NCBI GenBank assembly: GCA_002104945.1
Contig: MCFH01000080.1
Span: forward strand, 1 to 64,000
DNA length: 64,000 nucleotides
Direction: 5' to 3'
Source: Piromyces finnis finn
Lineage: Eukaryota > Fungi > Neocallimastigomycota
In this document: piece after piece, positions 37,131 to 52,200 of the stretch
Layout of the letters: every line of letters begins with the position of its first letter
Numbering within the stretch: the stretch's first letter is position 1
The notes under the pieces: generated by a model
Told to the model about the DNA's origin: nothing
Seen by the model: only the letters and a program-made list of their open reading frames with translations
Databases searched by the model: none
Position numbers and translations under genes: made by a program

Positions 37131-39944
37131 AATAGTTTAACACTATATAATAAATGATTATAAATAATTAATTATATTAATACTATTTTAATGTAATAAA
37201 ATAACAGATTTTAATAATACATTAATTATATTAATAAAAGGTTAAAAACAAATTTGATATATTATATATATGTACGACATACTAGTTACTTATATTTTTA
37301 CTAAAATGAAAAATGTATGAAAATATAAGAGAATATATAATTAATTTACTAAATAAATTATTAATTAAAATGAGTAAATAATTATATTGTAAATAAATAA
37401 CTTTTTTTTAATTTTAGATTATAAAATTTATGAAACAAACTTGTTGAAACTTTTACTATTATGGTAAATGAAGTAATTAATTGAATCAATTTAGTTTATA
37501 TATTAAACTGTATTAAAATGTTAATTACTATTCGTTCAATATATTTATTATATATTAATCTATTTATTAATTTAATTTATCTATTGTATACATTTGAAAG
37601 AATAGTCAAAGATTAAGATAAAAGCCAGCATTTCATTTATTTATAGCTATTATAAAACATTTTACTTTCTCATCGTTCAACCACCAATGTTATTAAACAA
37701 ATAATTAAATTATTATTGATAATATGAAAATATTAATTTGTAGATTAATGCAAAGGGCAAACAATGATGATAAAGCTATATTAAAAATCCAATTGAATCC
37801 GATATTTACACTGCCTTTCCTATTTACATTTTACAGAATACGTGAATTTTAAAATGTAGCTATACAACCAATATTGCTTAATAATGTATTTAAGTTGTTT
37901 GTACTTTTTTTTTCTATTTTAAAATAGAAAGAATTTAATTTATTAATGAATATTTAAATATATTAATAATAATAAAAATAGCCATACTATCATATTTTAA
38001 AAGTTCTTTTTTTATATGAAATAAAGTTATTTAAATAAATTTAAATATATTTTAAATATCATTTAGAAATTTATTTAAATTAAAAATATATTGTAATTGT
38101 CTAATAATTAAAATTAGTTATAAAAAAGTATAAATTAAATATAAATTAGAGGAAGATAGAAAAACATTTATATGTGAATTATATTTTAATATATTATATT
38201 AATATACAAACAATAGATTTATTAACATATAACAATATATAACAAATATATAACATCTATAATAGATATAGTTTTTTTGAATCAAAATATTTTTATTAAA
38301 ATTGAAATTATTTTGGTTATTAAACATATATATATACTAATTATATTAATATTATATGAAAAACTTTTAAAAAAGATATGAAAAAGAGAAATAATATTTT
38401 AATATATGTTTATGTATACATTTAAATATCAATTAATATATTACCATTAAATAAATAATATATCAATGTATATTGTTTTATATATTATCAAAATACTAAA
38501 AATAATCTGATTATTATTATCATTAAGTATAATAATTAATTAATAGTTGTAATATATATTCGAAGTTTATATTTATATATATACATATATTTATTTTTTC
38601 AAAGTTTCTCTCATATATATTCCCTATTAACAATATATAAATAATTAATAAATACATTAAATATTTAATAAACCAATCAGTATTTAATAGAATAATATTT
38701 TAATATATATTTATCATATAATATAATACTATTTATTTATATAACTAATAAAAAGATGAAATATATCATCAATACTATTTTTTTTAGTTAATATTATTAA
38801 TTATTATTTTTTTTTTACAAAATTTTTTTATTATTTCCTATATACAATATCATTTATATCATTTATTATTTATTCTAATTATTAATATATATTATAAGTA
38901 ATTCTATTTATTATCAAAACCATATTATTCATATTAAAATTAAATTATTAAGAATATTTTTTTTTTATTTTATCTATTTTTTTTTTTTTTTTTTAATTTT
39001 ACTTTTTGAAAATATTTATTATTTTCTTTTTATTTTTAATTTAAAAAATAGATTGAATCTTTTTTTTTTCTTTTCCATTTGTATATTTTAAGATTTATAA
39101 AAATAATATATAAAATATATATATATATAGTTTTTATAAATATAAATGAAAAAACAAGTATATTAACAATAAAGAAAGAGAAAAAAAAGATATATTTTTT
39201 TAAAAAAGAAAAACAATATTATAAATATATAAAAGCGAAAACAAAATCAATTGTATTATAATCTCAAAAAAAAAAAAGTGATAAAAATATTCAAAAAGTA
39301 ACAACGTATAAATAATAAAAGCTAGATATTGTATTAAATAACATCAGCAAATCAACGAATATCAAAGAAAAACTTTTATATTTTCGTATATAGTAAATAT
39401 TAAAAATTAAATTTGTTTATATTTTTTTAATTTTTATTTATATTTTATAAATTATTAAAAAAAATAATAAGCTTGAAAAAAATTATAAAATTTGAATTAA
39501 AAGAAACAGTATGATATAAAAATCAATAAAGATATTTGTTTATATATTTTTAAAATGATGAATAAAATATTAAGTAAATTTAGTAGTAAATTTGGTATAT
39601 TTAATTAAGAAAATTAATGAAAAAATTACATTCAATTATAAACAATAGAATTTGAAAAAAAAACAAAAATAAAAAGATTTAACAGATAAACCGGTACAAA
39701 GTATAGATAAATAAATAAATGTTATTCTATAAAAAAATAATTTTACTCGACTAATAATAAACAATAAACAAAAAATCAGGTTTTTTGCGAAAAAAAGACA
39801 GAAAAAAAGAGAAATAATCTTGAATAAATATATTTTAAAAAGTTTTGAAAATAAATAATATAAAAAATTAAATATTCATTATTAACATATTCTTTTATTT
39901 ACGTATATAATAGTTAAATTATAAATATATTCTTGTAAGATAAA

Positions 39945-40934
39945 ATGACTTTATATCGTTTAGTAGTATTAGGTGATGGTGGTGTTGGTAAAACTGCCCT
40001 TACTATACAGGTAAACTACATTTATATATTGATGATAATATAGTATAAATCAATAAAATTAACTAAATAATATATTTTTATTTTTATAGTTATGTTTAAA
40101 TCATTTTGTTGGTATGTTTAAATTTACAATATAAAAGATATATTAGTAGATAAATAATAAAAATTAAAAAATGGATATTAATATTTTTATAATAATTATT
40201 AAAATCATTGATGTTGATTTGAATAAATAAATAGAAGTAAGTATATTTGTTTATTAAATTTATTTGAAAATTAATGAAACAGAAAATTAAAAATATTATT
40301 TTATTTTGTAGACTTATGATCCAACTATCGAAGACTCTTATAGAAAACAAGTGGTTATAGATGACCAACCTTGTATTTTAGAAGTTTTAGATACTGCTGG
40401 TCAAGAAGAATATACAGCGTAAATATAGTATTAAAATATCAAAGTTAACAATTAATAAAAATTGTATTAACTGAATATTATTACATTTTAATATTTATAA
40501 TGTTTGTAAATAAATAACAATTGAAAATCAAAATAATATTAATAAATATATGAAAAAACAGTTTAAGAGATCAATGGATTAGAGATGGTGAAGGTTTCCT
40601 TCTTGTATATAGTATCATTTCAAGGAGTACTTTTGAAAGAGTAGAAAAGTTTAGAAACCAAATTTTAAGAGTTAAGGAAACTGAAAGAGTACCAATGGTT
40701 TTAGTAGGAAATAAGTGTGATATAGTTAATAAAAGAGATATTACAAAAGAAGAAGGTTACTTCTTAGCTAAGAGATTACAATGTGAATTTATTGAAACAA
40801 GTGCAAAAACATGCCATAATGTTGAAAAAGCTTTCTATACTGTTGTTAGATGCATTCGTGCTCTAAATAATGGACGTTCTATGCAATCTCTTGGTAAAGA
40901 TAAAGATAAGAAGAAGGTCTGTGAAATTCTATAA
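39945..40934 (+). CDS. RAS2: Fungal Ras2-type small GTPase; exons 39945-40010, 40090-40111, 40235-40236, 40312-40418, 40562-40934
   Basis: The splice gives [43 protein letters not shown]...[21 protein letters not shown]...NKCD...ETSAK and ends in the CaaX box CEIL. Confidence 0.95.
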
Positions 40935-42392
40935 TTTACATGGTTTTCTATTTAAACATTAAACAGTAATACTAAACGAAACTCTATATTCACCATTATA
41001 AAAAAGAAAAAAAAATACAAATTTCTTATTCTTTTTTTTTTAAATATTAAATAATTTTTTACTTCATTTAACATACTTTTTTAAATCTTTATATTATTAA
41101 TATAAAAATATTCTTTTAAAATATCCATATATTTCTTATCAATAATTTACATTTTCATCTTTATATACTTATTTAACAATTTTTATAATTTATATTTTTT
41201 CATTGTAATATCGAAAGAAATTATTATGGAATAAATGAATATTTTAAAAAGGTTTAAAGTATTTTTTTTTTATTTTTTTATATATATATATATAAAAAAG
41301 AAAGCTTATAAAATTAAAATTTATTTAAAAAAAAAAGAATGATTAAAATCGTTTATTTTAACCACCAGTTTAAAAAATCACTTTATAAATATAACCATAA
41401 AAAATTAAAATGAATAGAACGATAAATGGAAAATGAAAAGAAAAAATAAGAAAGATATTAAGATCATAAAAAAAGTAAACAGACAAAATTAACAATGTAC
41501 ACATGAATTGTTTGTTTATATGATTTTTATAGCTATATTATTTTTATTTTCATATCTAATTATTATCATTTCCTTTATTTAAAAAAGAAATAATAAGTTC
41601 ATTTATTTTATATTTTATTTTTTTTTAAATATTTTTAAACTTAATCTAAAGCAAATCTCACTTTATAAAATAAAATAAAAAATTTAAAAAAAATCTTTTT
41701 TTTTTTTCATAGGTAAATATGTATATGTATATTTCAAAGAAGGGACAAACAAAAATTTATAAAAGTAAAACAAAAAACAAATTAAAAATAACAAAACAAA
41801 AACAAAAACAAAATAACAATAAAAAAAAAGAAAAAAAAAATTTAGGAAGATTATAATAATTTGTATATTTAGAAAGTTTTTTTTTTTTTTTTTTTTTCTC
41901 CTATATTTTTATTATATTTTATTATTTAATTTTCTTTTTAATGATATTAAATAATGCAATATGTAATTTTTATGCATTATTTTATAAATATAAATAATAA
42001 TATGAATGTTATAAAAATATGTAGTGAACGTCCCATAATTTTGTGTAGTGTCTATAAAATAAAAATAAAATGAAAAACAAACAAACAAACAAAAAAAAAG
42101 TCATTATTGTATTATCTTAGAAAATAAAAAAGAGAGAGAGAGAAAAAAAAAATTAGTATGGTTACATTTAATTATTCTATCCAAATAAAAATTAATATTA
42201 ATATAACAATGGCCTTCTTAATTTTAATAAACTGAAATACATTTTATTCATTTTTTTTTTCTTTTTTATTTGTTCTTGTTTAGTTTATTATATTTTATTT
42301 TTTAAACTTTAATACAAAATCATAGATCATCATATTAATAAACAAATAAACTAGTAATAATATTAGTAAATGTGAAGAACTTTTTAACTACA

Positions 42393-42432
<40 letters not shown>

Positions 42433-42829
42433 CGGATTTTCATTCTTTATTAGTATTATAACATTTTTGGACTATTAATTACTAATTTCTAAAGGGCTAA
42501 AAATCACTACCAAAGATGTAGCAATATTAACATAAATAAATCAAATATATTAATTTCTAATTTTTTAAAAATCCTATATACATTTATTAAATTTTTGGTT
42601 CTTTTCTTTTTCCTTAAAACTATAGTCTATATCTATTTTTTTTTTTTTATTCATCTTGGTTGGTAGTAGATTGATTTTTTTTATATTTTGTTAAATTTTT
42701 TTTTTTTTTAATTTTATTTTTTCTAAAAACCTCAATAATAACAACAACCTTATTTTTTACTTTTCTTTTTTCTTTTTGAAAATAAAAATAAATAAATAAA
42801 AAAAAAGTATTTATATTGGTGTAAAATGA

Positions 42830-42965
42830 AATAATAAACATAATAAACATAATAATAATAATAATAATAATAAACATAATAATAATAATAAACATAATAA
42901 TAATAATAAACATAATAATAATAATAAACATAATAATAATAATAAACATAATAATAATAATAAAC

Positions 42966-42997
<32 letters not shown>

Positions 42998-43052
42998 CAT
43001 AATAATAATAATAAACATAATAAACATAATAATAATAATAATAATAATAATA
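42830..43052. repeat. (AAT)n microsatellite with recurring AAC interruptions
   Basis: Direct reading of the sequence. It explains ORF 42647..43027. Confidence 0.9.
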
Positions 43053-43805
43053 AAAGAATATATTTATTTTATATTTAACTTTTATTGTAAATCCCTACAA
43101 TTTAATATAAAATCTTCTTTCCTATTTTATGATCCTTCACAAGATCATGTGACACTCTATATGATACGGGTTAATTTTATGTAGAAAGAATTAAACTTTA
43201 ATTAATATATATTTTATTAATAATTTTATTTATAACGTTCCAATATTTCTATTCTGTCTAAATACTAAAACGTTCTGTCGTTGTCAAATATTAAAATTCT
43301 AACTAAAACAAGAAGCCCTTTTTAATAATATTTATTCTAGTCTATTTATACTAATGAGACTTACTTAATAATTAATTGTCCAATTATAAGGCTGGAACTA
43401 TATGGATCATTCATTTACAATACTCTTTACATTACATGATATTACATTTGTCGTACATTTACATTATATTCTTATACATTGTAGAAACAATTAATATTAT
43501 AATAAAACTATATAAATTTAATATTAGGAAAAATTACTAATATAATAATATGTTCAAGTCACATATTATTTTTATATCATATACCAAAAAATGCTTAATC
43601 TTAATCCATATGAAAATTTTTATCATAGAATAGGTATAGTATCATCTTTTTATTAGTACATATATATTTTTAATTTTAAATATTATGATAAAATAACCAA
43701 TGCATGTAATTTTTTATTTATTTGTTTTATAATTTTTTTTTTAATATTTCATTTATTAGTAGTATTAGTTGTATTTTTTTATTTTTTTTTTTTTTTTAAA
43801 AGAAT

Positions 43806-44828
43806 TTATTCTGATTTAGAATCTTTATTTAAAATATCGTTAATCTCATTCATATACTCTTGTTGATCCTTTAAATTTAGGTCATCTTGAAATTCTAATT
43901 CTTGTTGTTTTTGCTTTTGCTTTTCTTTTTGTTGTTTCATTTTTAATAAATCTTCTTGAGTAATCACTATACCGGCCATTCTAAACATTTCTTGAATGGG
44001 TGCTAAACGATGCTTCAATTGTTTAAAGGATTTTGATGTTGGGTTCCATTCTTGATATTCTATCATAAGTTGCTTGAGATCATCCATTAATTCAGGATCA
44101 TCCTTGATTTTTGTAGAATTTTGTAAATTACTAATAATCCATGGAATGTAATAATCATTGAGTGCCTTTGGACTTTTGAAACGACGAATACGCTTACTTT
44201 GAAGTTGTTCCAATATCATATCAAGCTTATGAAGAGCGTTAAACTTACTCATGTTCATATTCATTCCTAATTTTGGAGACTTGCTGTCTTGTTCTGGTTC
44301 TGAGTGACTTTTTTGTGTCACTATTGTTTTTTGCTCGGAAGGAACAAATGGATGGTGTGGTTCATTAATCATCTTCGTTTCTTTTGGTGAGATAGTATTA
44401 GGAATGATATCTTGTATGGTAGTATCAGTTTTAGTGGTTAAAGTTGTTGTTGTTGTTGTTGTTGTTGTTGATGTCATAGGATGGGTAGAATCTAAGGCTT
44501 TTGGCTTATGAATATCTTCAAGTTTTGGTAAATCCTTTTGTGGAGGTAAAGTAGATGTTCCTAAATTTTGAGGTGTTGATCCTTCTGTAGTTGTATGGGT
44601 TGAGGCGTTAATAGATGAAGCGGATGTAGTATAAGTTGTTGGATTAAATAGATAACTTTCTTCTTCTTTATCATCATTTATACCACAAAGTTGAGTTTGA
44701 TCAAAGAATTTATTATATGGAATACGCTTAGTACTTGCTTTTGATGTAGTAATCCATGATAATAATAACCTATAGTTGTTATTATAAAAATAATAAACAT
44801 TTTTTATTATTTAATTTTACATTCTTTT

Positions 44829-44863
<35 letters not shown>

Positions 44864-47755
44864 AAACTTACTTATAGACATTATCAGATTCATAAATTGT
44901 GGAATGTCCTTGAGTCCCATGAACAAAACTACCAATAATTAAATCAGATAAATGAATTAATAAACCATAATCAGTTATACCATGGTTTCTTAATTTCATA
45001 ATAAATTCAATTAATTTTGTAAAGAAATCATCATTATAATCTTTTCTTTCAACATAAATGGCTCTGTAAAGATTTGGATGATTTATACCTTGAATAGTGG
45101 CTGAATATAACTAATATAAGATAAAAAGAAAATAAAAATAAACAAACGAGCAAAAAAAAAAAAAACATTTATATTATTAAAAATCTAATAAATGTAGATT
45201 TGCTTAATAATTATTACAGAGTAAAGAAATAACTTACTGGAACGACTTGATCAAACCAACTACCAACAGCACAAATTCTAACACCAGAATTCAAAACATT
45301 AAATAATGCTGCATGATAATATTTAGTAATTCTTTCATGTGGATCATTGAAACGGAATAGTTCTTCACCAGAATCTCTTGCAGCAAGATCACTATATATA
45401 ATAATAGTAATTTTAGTAATAATAACAAGATTACTCAATTTATTTATAAATTGGGTTTTTGTAAACTATTTATTATTAAAATAACTTAAACCAAAATCCT
45501 TTCCAACTTACTTTACATCATTACTGTTGAATACAAATTTTACAATAAAGTTTTCTCTCATAACTGGAATAGGTCCATGATGAATACCAGCCATAGACAA
45601 CATACCAACAGTTTGACGTTCAGGATCAATTTCTTTATTTTCTAATAAACGATTTAAAATAAACACTGAAACAGGGGTACCTTGACTATGAGCTGAGACT
45701 AAAACAATATCCGCAGATCGAACTTCATCCATTCTTTTTTCTAATTGCGCATAAAGCATGTTTACACGATTCTCTACCATACCTTCACCACTTAATGGAA
45801 TTTGAACAATATTTTCATTAGTAATGTCAATTCCAAGATCATTAAAATATGTAATTACAGAATAGGCCATTTCTTGACAGAATTTAACACTGGTACCAGT
45901 GGGGTCACCAAACATTTTTTGGATAGAACGTTTTGGGAACCAACCATGAACCCCTAAAATTACAATTTTTTTGGCATCCAATGGTGTTTTTGTGAAACGA
46001 TTAATTAATTTTAAAGTTCCAGATAGTCCTTCTTCATTTACTTTTTGGGAAAGGGGGAAAAAATATTGATATATTCTATGACATAAATCATTAAATTTAA
46101 ATGAAAATGTTTCCTTTGGTGGATTAGATAAAGGATTATTAGTTGGAAGAAGAATACCTTTGGTTGCATTATTAATAATATTTTCAACACCTGCAACAGT
46201 ATTATCATTCAAAATATCCATTAAATCATGTTCAATACTTAATTTATTAAATTCATTTTTTAAATCTAATAATTCTCTGTTTAAAAATTAGTAAGTAGTA
46301 GTAAATTAAAAAAAAAAAAAAAAGTTAATAAAATTAATCAGATATAAAAAATTTTGAAATTAATTATAAGTCATTATGAAAATTATAAATACAATAGATT
46401 TTTAAGTTTATAAATATATAAATTTGTATTTAATGGAAAAAATAAATATATATTATTTAAAATATTAATATTTGAAAATGAATACTATAATATTACCTAT
46501 TTTCTAAAGTTTCTAATTGGTTTTGTTTTTTAGGGTGTATTTTTTTATTAAACCAACTTTTAAAGTTTTTTAAAGTATGCTTTGAATCTTTTTCATCATT
46601 GTTATTAATATTTGAAGGTATATTTTGGTTTGAACTTTTTTCTTTTTCAATATTATTAATATTAACATTATTATCATTATCATTATCATTGTTGTTATTG
46701 GTTTGATTATCTTTATTTTCTGAAATAGGAATAGTATTATTTATATTCTTCATTTCTGGTATAGTGTTTGTATCTTGTTTTTCATTTACATTCGTACGCT
46801 CCATGGGTATTTCTTTTTTAGTAGTTGTAGTTGTAGTATTATCATTATCATCATTTATTTTTTTTCCATGGAAAAGAGCTGATATCCAACTAAATAATCC
46901 ATTAGTTTCTGAATCATTATTTCCTGTTTTTTCTTCTATTTTAAAAGTATTTTCAAAAATTTTTGGGTTCATTGATTCAAATTTAATTGTATCATCCTGT
47001 TCTAAATTATTTATTTCAGAAATGTGATTATCATTAACAGAAATATTTTCTGTTGAAGCAGTAGTTTCTACATTGCTTGAATTATTCATTTCATCTATTG
47101 TCTCATTTATGACATGGTTAATGCTCTCTTCAGATGAAATTGAAGATTGAGGTAATGATGATGTTTGAATAATTATATTTTCGTTTAAATTTACTTCATT
47201 TTTAATACTTATATCTATTTTTGGCTGACTTTCTGGACTTTCTTTTTTTATATTTTTTTTGAATAGTTTATTGAAAAATCCTGAATTTTTTTCTGATTTT
47301 GGAAAACTTTCATTTTTTTCGTTTACATGACTATTTGATAATATATCTTGAATAGGTTGTTGATTTTCTATTACATCCTGAATATGGTTTGTTGGATATT
47401 GATTTTCTATTTTTACATTATTTACTTGAGAATGTGATATTTTATGATTTTCATTAATTTCATTAACGTTCTTTAATATATCGTTTATTGAAATATTGCT
47501 ATCATTTTTTCCTATAAAATCTTGATTATCGTTGGAATAATATCTAAAAGATTTACATAAATTGTTACTGTGTTGGGTATAAATATCTATATATTGGGAA
47601 GGCTTTGAAAAAACTAATAAATTATTTAAGTTAAACTTAATTTTTAAATTAACATTTTTTGAATATTTTCTATTTGAAACATTCCAATTATATTTTAAAG
47701 TCCTACTTAAATTATTGTAATGACTTTTCTTATTAAATAGTATTAATGAACTCAT
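43806..47755 (-). CDS. YML020W-like alpha/beta-hydrolase-fold protein with long acidic/Asn-rich N-terminal region, multi-exon
   Basis: Conserved blocks are KKIVILGVHGWFP..MFGDPTGTSVKFC, SAHSQG (nucleophile elbow), MAGIHHGP, ELFRF and GSWFDQVVP. Checked junctions (46497, ~45512) are in phase. The basic N-terminus may be a mitochondrial presequence. Confidence 0.75.
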
Positions 47756-49271
47756 TTTTTTTTTTTTTTAAAAAAAAAAGAATTAATACATTTCTTTAAA
47801 ATTAAATATTTTTAATGTATGTTTATTATTGTGGTTTATTTGGATTAAATTGTAAAATTTATTTGGACTATATTATATTGTATTATTTAAATTTTCATTT
47901 CTTTTTTTTCTCCAAATGATTTATATTTTTGAAATTTAAATTTATTATTATTTTTATATTAATGAATTGGTATCTTACATTAACATCGTTTTAATTTTTT
48001 TTAATTTACTTTTAATGAATTGTTTTTATTATTATAATTATTATGAAATAATAAATTATTTATTAAAATGATTGGTTGAATAAATCAATTGTATACAATT
48101 ATTTTTTATGTTAATATCTTGGTTTTAACTCATCAGTCATGTTGAATTATACCTGTCTTGATAGTTCAATTTTTATTTCAGTTATTTAAGAGTATATTAG
48201 AATAACTCAGTGCTTTTTTTTTTTTTTATCCATGTTTGTTATCACTACATCATGATGTAAAATATAATATAGAGTTAATATGAATTAATAAGACTCATAC
48301 GTTATCCTATTTAATATTGATATCATTTTCAATACATTCTATATCAAGCAAATCTTATGTGTCCTTTGATATTATGCTATTAAATAAATAATTCTGTAAA
48401 GAACCACGTGTTTATGTAGTAACATATTTGAATTAAAAAGAATATATAAAAAATTTGATAAATTTTAATTTACAAAACAACTAAGGATTTTAATATAAAA
48501 AATAAAATCTTAAATACCTTAAATAAAAACTTTTATCTTAAAATTAATCATTATAAAAGCGTATAATAATAAAATAGAATTTAATGTATTTCAAAAAATT
48601 AAAAGTAATTATTTTCAAAAATAATTTACCCAAAGAATTCGAATCTTTTTTTTTTTTTTTTAAAAAAAAAACTATTTGAAATATATTATTGATTAAAAGT
48701 TTTAAACATTTCTACAGAATAAGCGGTTTTTGATAATATTTAAATATAAAAATGTTAAAAAAAATAAACAATAAAGATTAAATATTTTTTTTATTTTTTA
48801 TTTTTATTATTGTCACTTTTTAAATTATTAATTTTAAAAATATTGATATGAATGTAATAATTAATAAAAATTTAAATTTAAAATTGTTTATTTTATTTTA
48901 CTCTCATTGAGATAATATTCACAAAATGATTCACAAGATTAAAACTTTGTAAGTAGAATTAAATGAATTCTTTTAGAACAAAAAAAAAAAAAAATATGTA
49001 TATATATAATATTAAATAAATAAAAAAAAAAAAAAAAAGGAAAAAAAATAAAAAGCTAATAACATTAACAATTGAAATTATAAATAATTCAATGAAATTA
49101 TTATTATTTATAATATAGGATATAGAAATTATTTATCTTAAATAATTTAATAAATATATATAAAATGGAATAATGTTTTATATAGTGAAAAGAAAAGGAA
49201 AAAAAAAAAAAATTAAAATTAGATTGTTACATATTTATGTATAGATTTTATATATTTATTTCAAAATATTA

Positions 49272-52200
49272 TTAATCATCATCTTGTCCATTATTCATAT
49301 GTGAATTTCTAAAGTCCCTATTACTTTTGAAATCCCGATCTCTTCTTGAATAACGCATATCTCTTATACGTCTATCTCTCATATCTCTCATATTCATATT
49401 ATTACGAATATCACGTTGTGGATTATAACTTCTTCTCCAACGATTATTCATTATCATTGATTTATTATAATCATCTTTTTCACGATAGCGATAGCTATCT
49501 CTGTCGTTTCTTGAAGATGATTCCATTGATAAATCTGGATCGTTCATGTTATTATCAATATCCATGTCATCTCCATTTTTCATTGAACTATTTTTACTTT
49601 TATAGTATCTATTGTATGGACTATCATTATCCCAATAATCCCGTTCATGCATACTACTATACCTTCTAGCTATATATTTTTTATTATTTCCTGATGAGTC
49701 ATTATCCGGTTTTTGATCTTTGTTGTAACTACTATAGTTAGGTTCAATATCTTTATCATAAAGATTGGTATTTATATTGTATTTTGAATAAGATTTTGAA
49801 GAATCTAATACAGTTGTTGATGTTGATGTAGCATTATTATTATTAACTGGCTCATTTTTAGGTGTTGCAAAACTTGATATTTTTATTTCTTTTGTATCCT
49901 TATTTAACTTTTCCTCTGGGTTTTCATCAATTTTTGGATTTTTATCTGATAGAGAGTTATTAAGAATGTTAGTACTATTGTTATTTTTATTATCATCATC
50001 ATCAATATTATTATTAGTATTGCTGTTGTTTATTGAATCTAACATATTATTAATTTTTACTGTATTATTTATTTTATCACTCTCATCCTTATTATCGTTA
50101 TTTTTATTATTATTATCATTAACGGTAGTAACATTATTATTATCTTTGCTATCACTACTATTATCATTATTTTTAACATTAGTATTATTATTTTTCAATT
50201 TATCCTCATTATTCAAATTATTGTTGTTTTTATCTAGATTACTCTCAAGATTATTATTCAATTCGGATGGATTTAATACTTCAATATTGTTTTTTTGCTT
50301 ATCCGATATGTCTGTGGGCTTTTGTTCAACTTCTTTTTTTTTATTTTCATCTATTGAAGAGATAAGATCATTTTTACTACTATAATCATCTTTTAATTTT
50401 GAAGATTCATTTGTATTATTTTTAGGTGAATAAGAAATTAAGCTATGATTTTGACTTTGTGTATTATATTTACTGTTATTATTATTAATATTATTATTAT
50501 TATTTAAGGATGTAATTGGCTTAGATTTATTTGCAGTATTATAAGGCGTTTCTGATTCTTTGGAAGGTTCTTTAGTGAGTTTTCCTGGTGTGCTATAACC
50601 ATCATTTAGGTAACTTCTACTATCTCTTCCTTCACTCATTGATGAACTACGATGATCAATTCTAATATCTCTAGAAGTGTTATAATGATAAAAGCTTCTA
50701 CTTTCTCTAAAATCACGAACATCACGATAATTTCGATCACGATAATCCCTATTATTTCTGTAATCACGATATTCACGTTTGTCTCTTATATCCTGAATTT
50801 CTCTTTCTCTTTCACGATCTCTTTCATTTGATCTATAATCATAATCATAGTCATAGTCATAATAATCACTTCTGTATATATCTCTATCCCTATTATCCCA
50901 TGAACTTCTAAGATCTCTTGGATCTCTAAAATCTCTAATATCTTTACTACTTCTTATGCTTCTTCCTGATCTATAATTATTTTGATCTCGATAGTCACGA
51001 ATATGGGAATTTTTAATATATGAGGATGAAAATTCATTTGAATTTCCTATATTATTATTACTATAACTATTAAATTTATTATCATTTTCGTTATTATTTT
51101 TTAATGTGTTATCATCTTTTAATTTTTCACTATTATCTACTTCTTTTTTATTTAATTTTTTTTCTGAATCCTTAATTTCGCTTATTTTACTTTTTTCAGA
51201 ATTATCTGAGCTATTAATATTAATATTTAGTTTCGACGAGTTGTTAGTTTCCAATTTTTCTTCGGAATCATTCATTGCAATATCTTCATTTTTACTAGTA
51301 AGAGTATCTTCTTTATCTTTATCATTCATATTATTTTGATCATTGTTCATTACCTTATGGCTTATTTCATTGTCATGATTATTATTAGTATTTTCGGATG
51401 GTTTTTCTTCTTTAATTTCATTTGGAGCTTTTATAGTAGAATGTTGACTATTGTTCTTAGCTCTCATTTCTTGGTATTTTTGAGAAAGAGATATAGGTAA
51501 TTTATTTGGAAATTTTGGTGACAATGACGGTGATGAAACCTTTGTTAATGAATTATTATCAACTTTATTATTATATTCATTATTTTGTATATTAAGTAAA
51601 TATGATGATATACTAGGGGTATCTTTAAATAATAATAATATTAAAATAATAAAAACAAATAAACAAACATTATTAAAAAGTTAATATGTAAATTTTATAA
51701 TTTGATTTATTGTATATGCATATATATATTATTTTATTACTATAAGATAAATTCATAATTTTACACTATGTTACCTTTATTATTTGAAGATTCAATTTCC
51801 TTATAACGTTCGAAACGTTCTCTATCTTTTTCCTTTTCACTCTTTATTTCCTTTTCCAATTCAATATCAATATGTTCTCTGACAGGTTTACTTAATGTAA
51901 TACCATATAATTCTTGAGTACCATAATCAATTGGGAAATATGAATGTTCAGGGAAGTAAGAAGTGCTTTTCGATTTTGAACTATTTTCATATAAATTTGA
52001 TTTTTTATTAACTGAATTATTTTCTTCGTCGATTATTTCACCTTCTTCCTCTTCATTATTTCCTTCTTCATTCTTTTTATTTTCTATTTTATTTGTGATT
52101 AATGAATTATCTGATGATTTCAAACTTTCCATTATTTTACTCTTCATTATGAATGTTGGAGAAGCGGATAAGCTATTACTATTACTTTTATTTTCATCAA

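Noticed and set aside
48100-48215. Minus-strand CTGATGAG followed by a short stem (hammerhead-like), plus two ~30-nt hairpins (H/ACA- or snRNA-like)
   Set aside because: The hammerhead GAAA after stem II is absent (ATAAAA instead), the hairpins are too short for H/ACA, and the Sm-like site lacks the terminal G. AT-rich DNA forms such stems readily.
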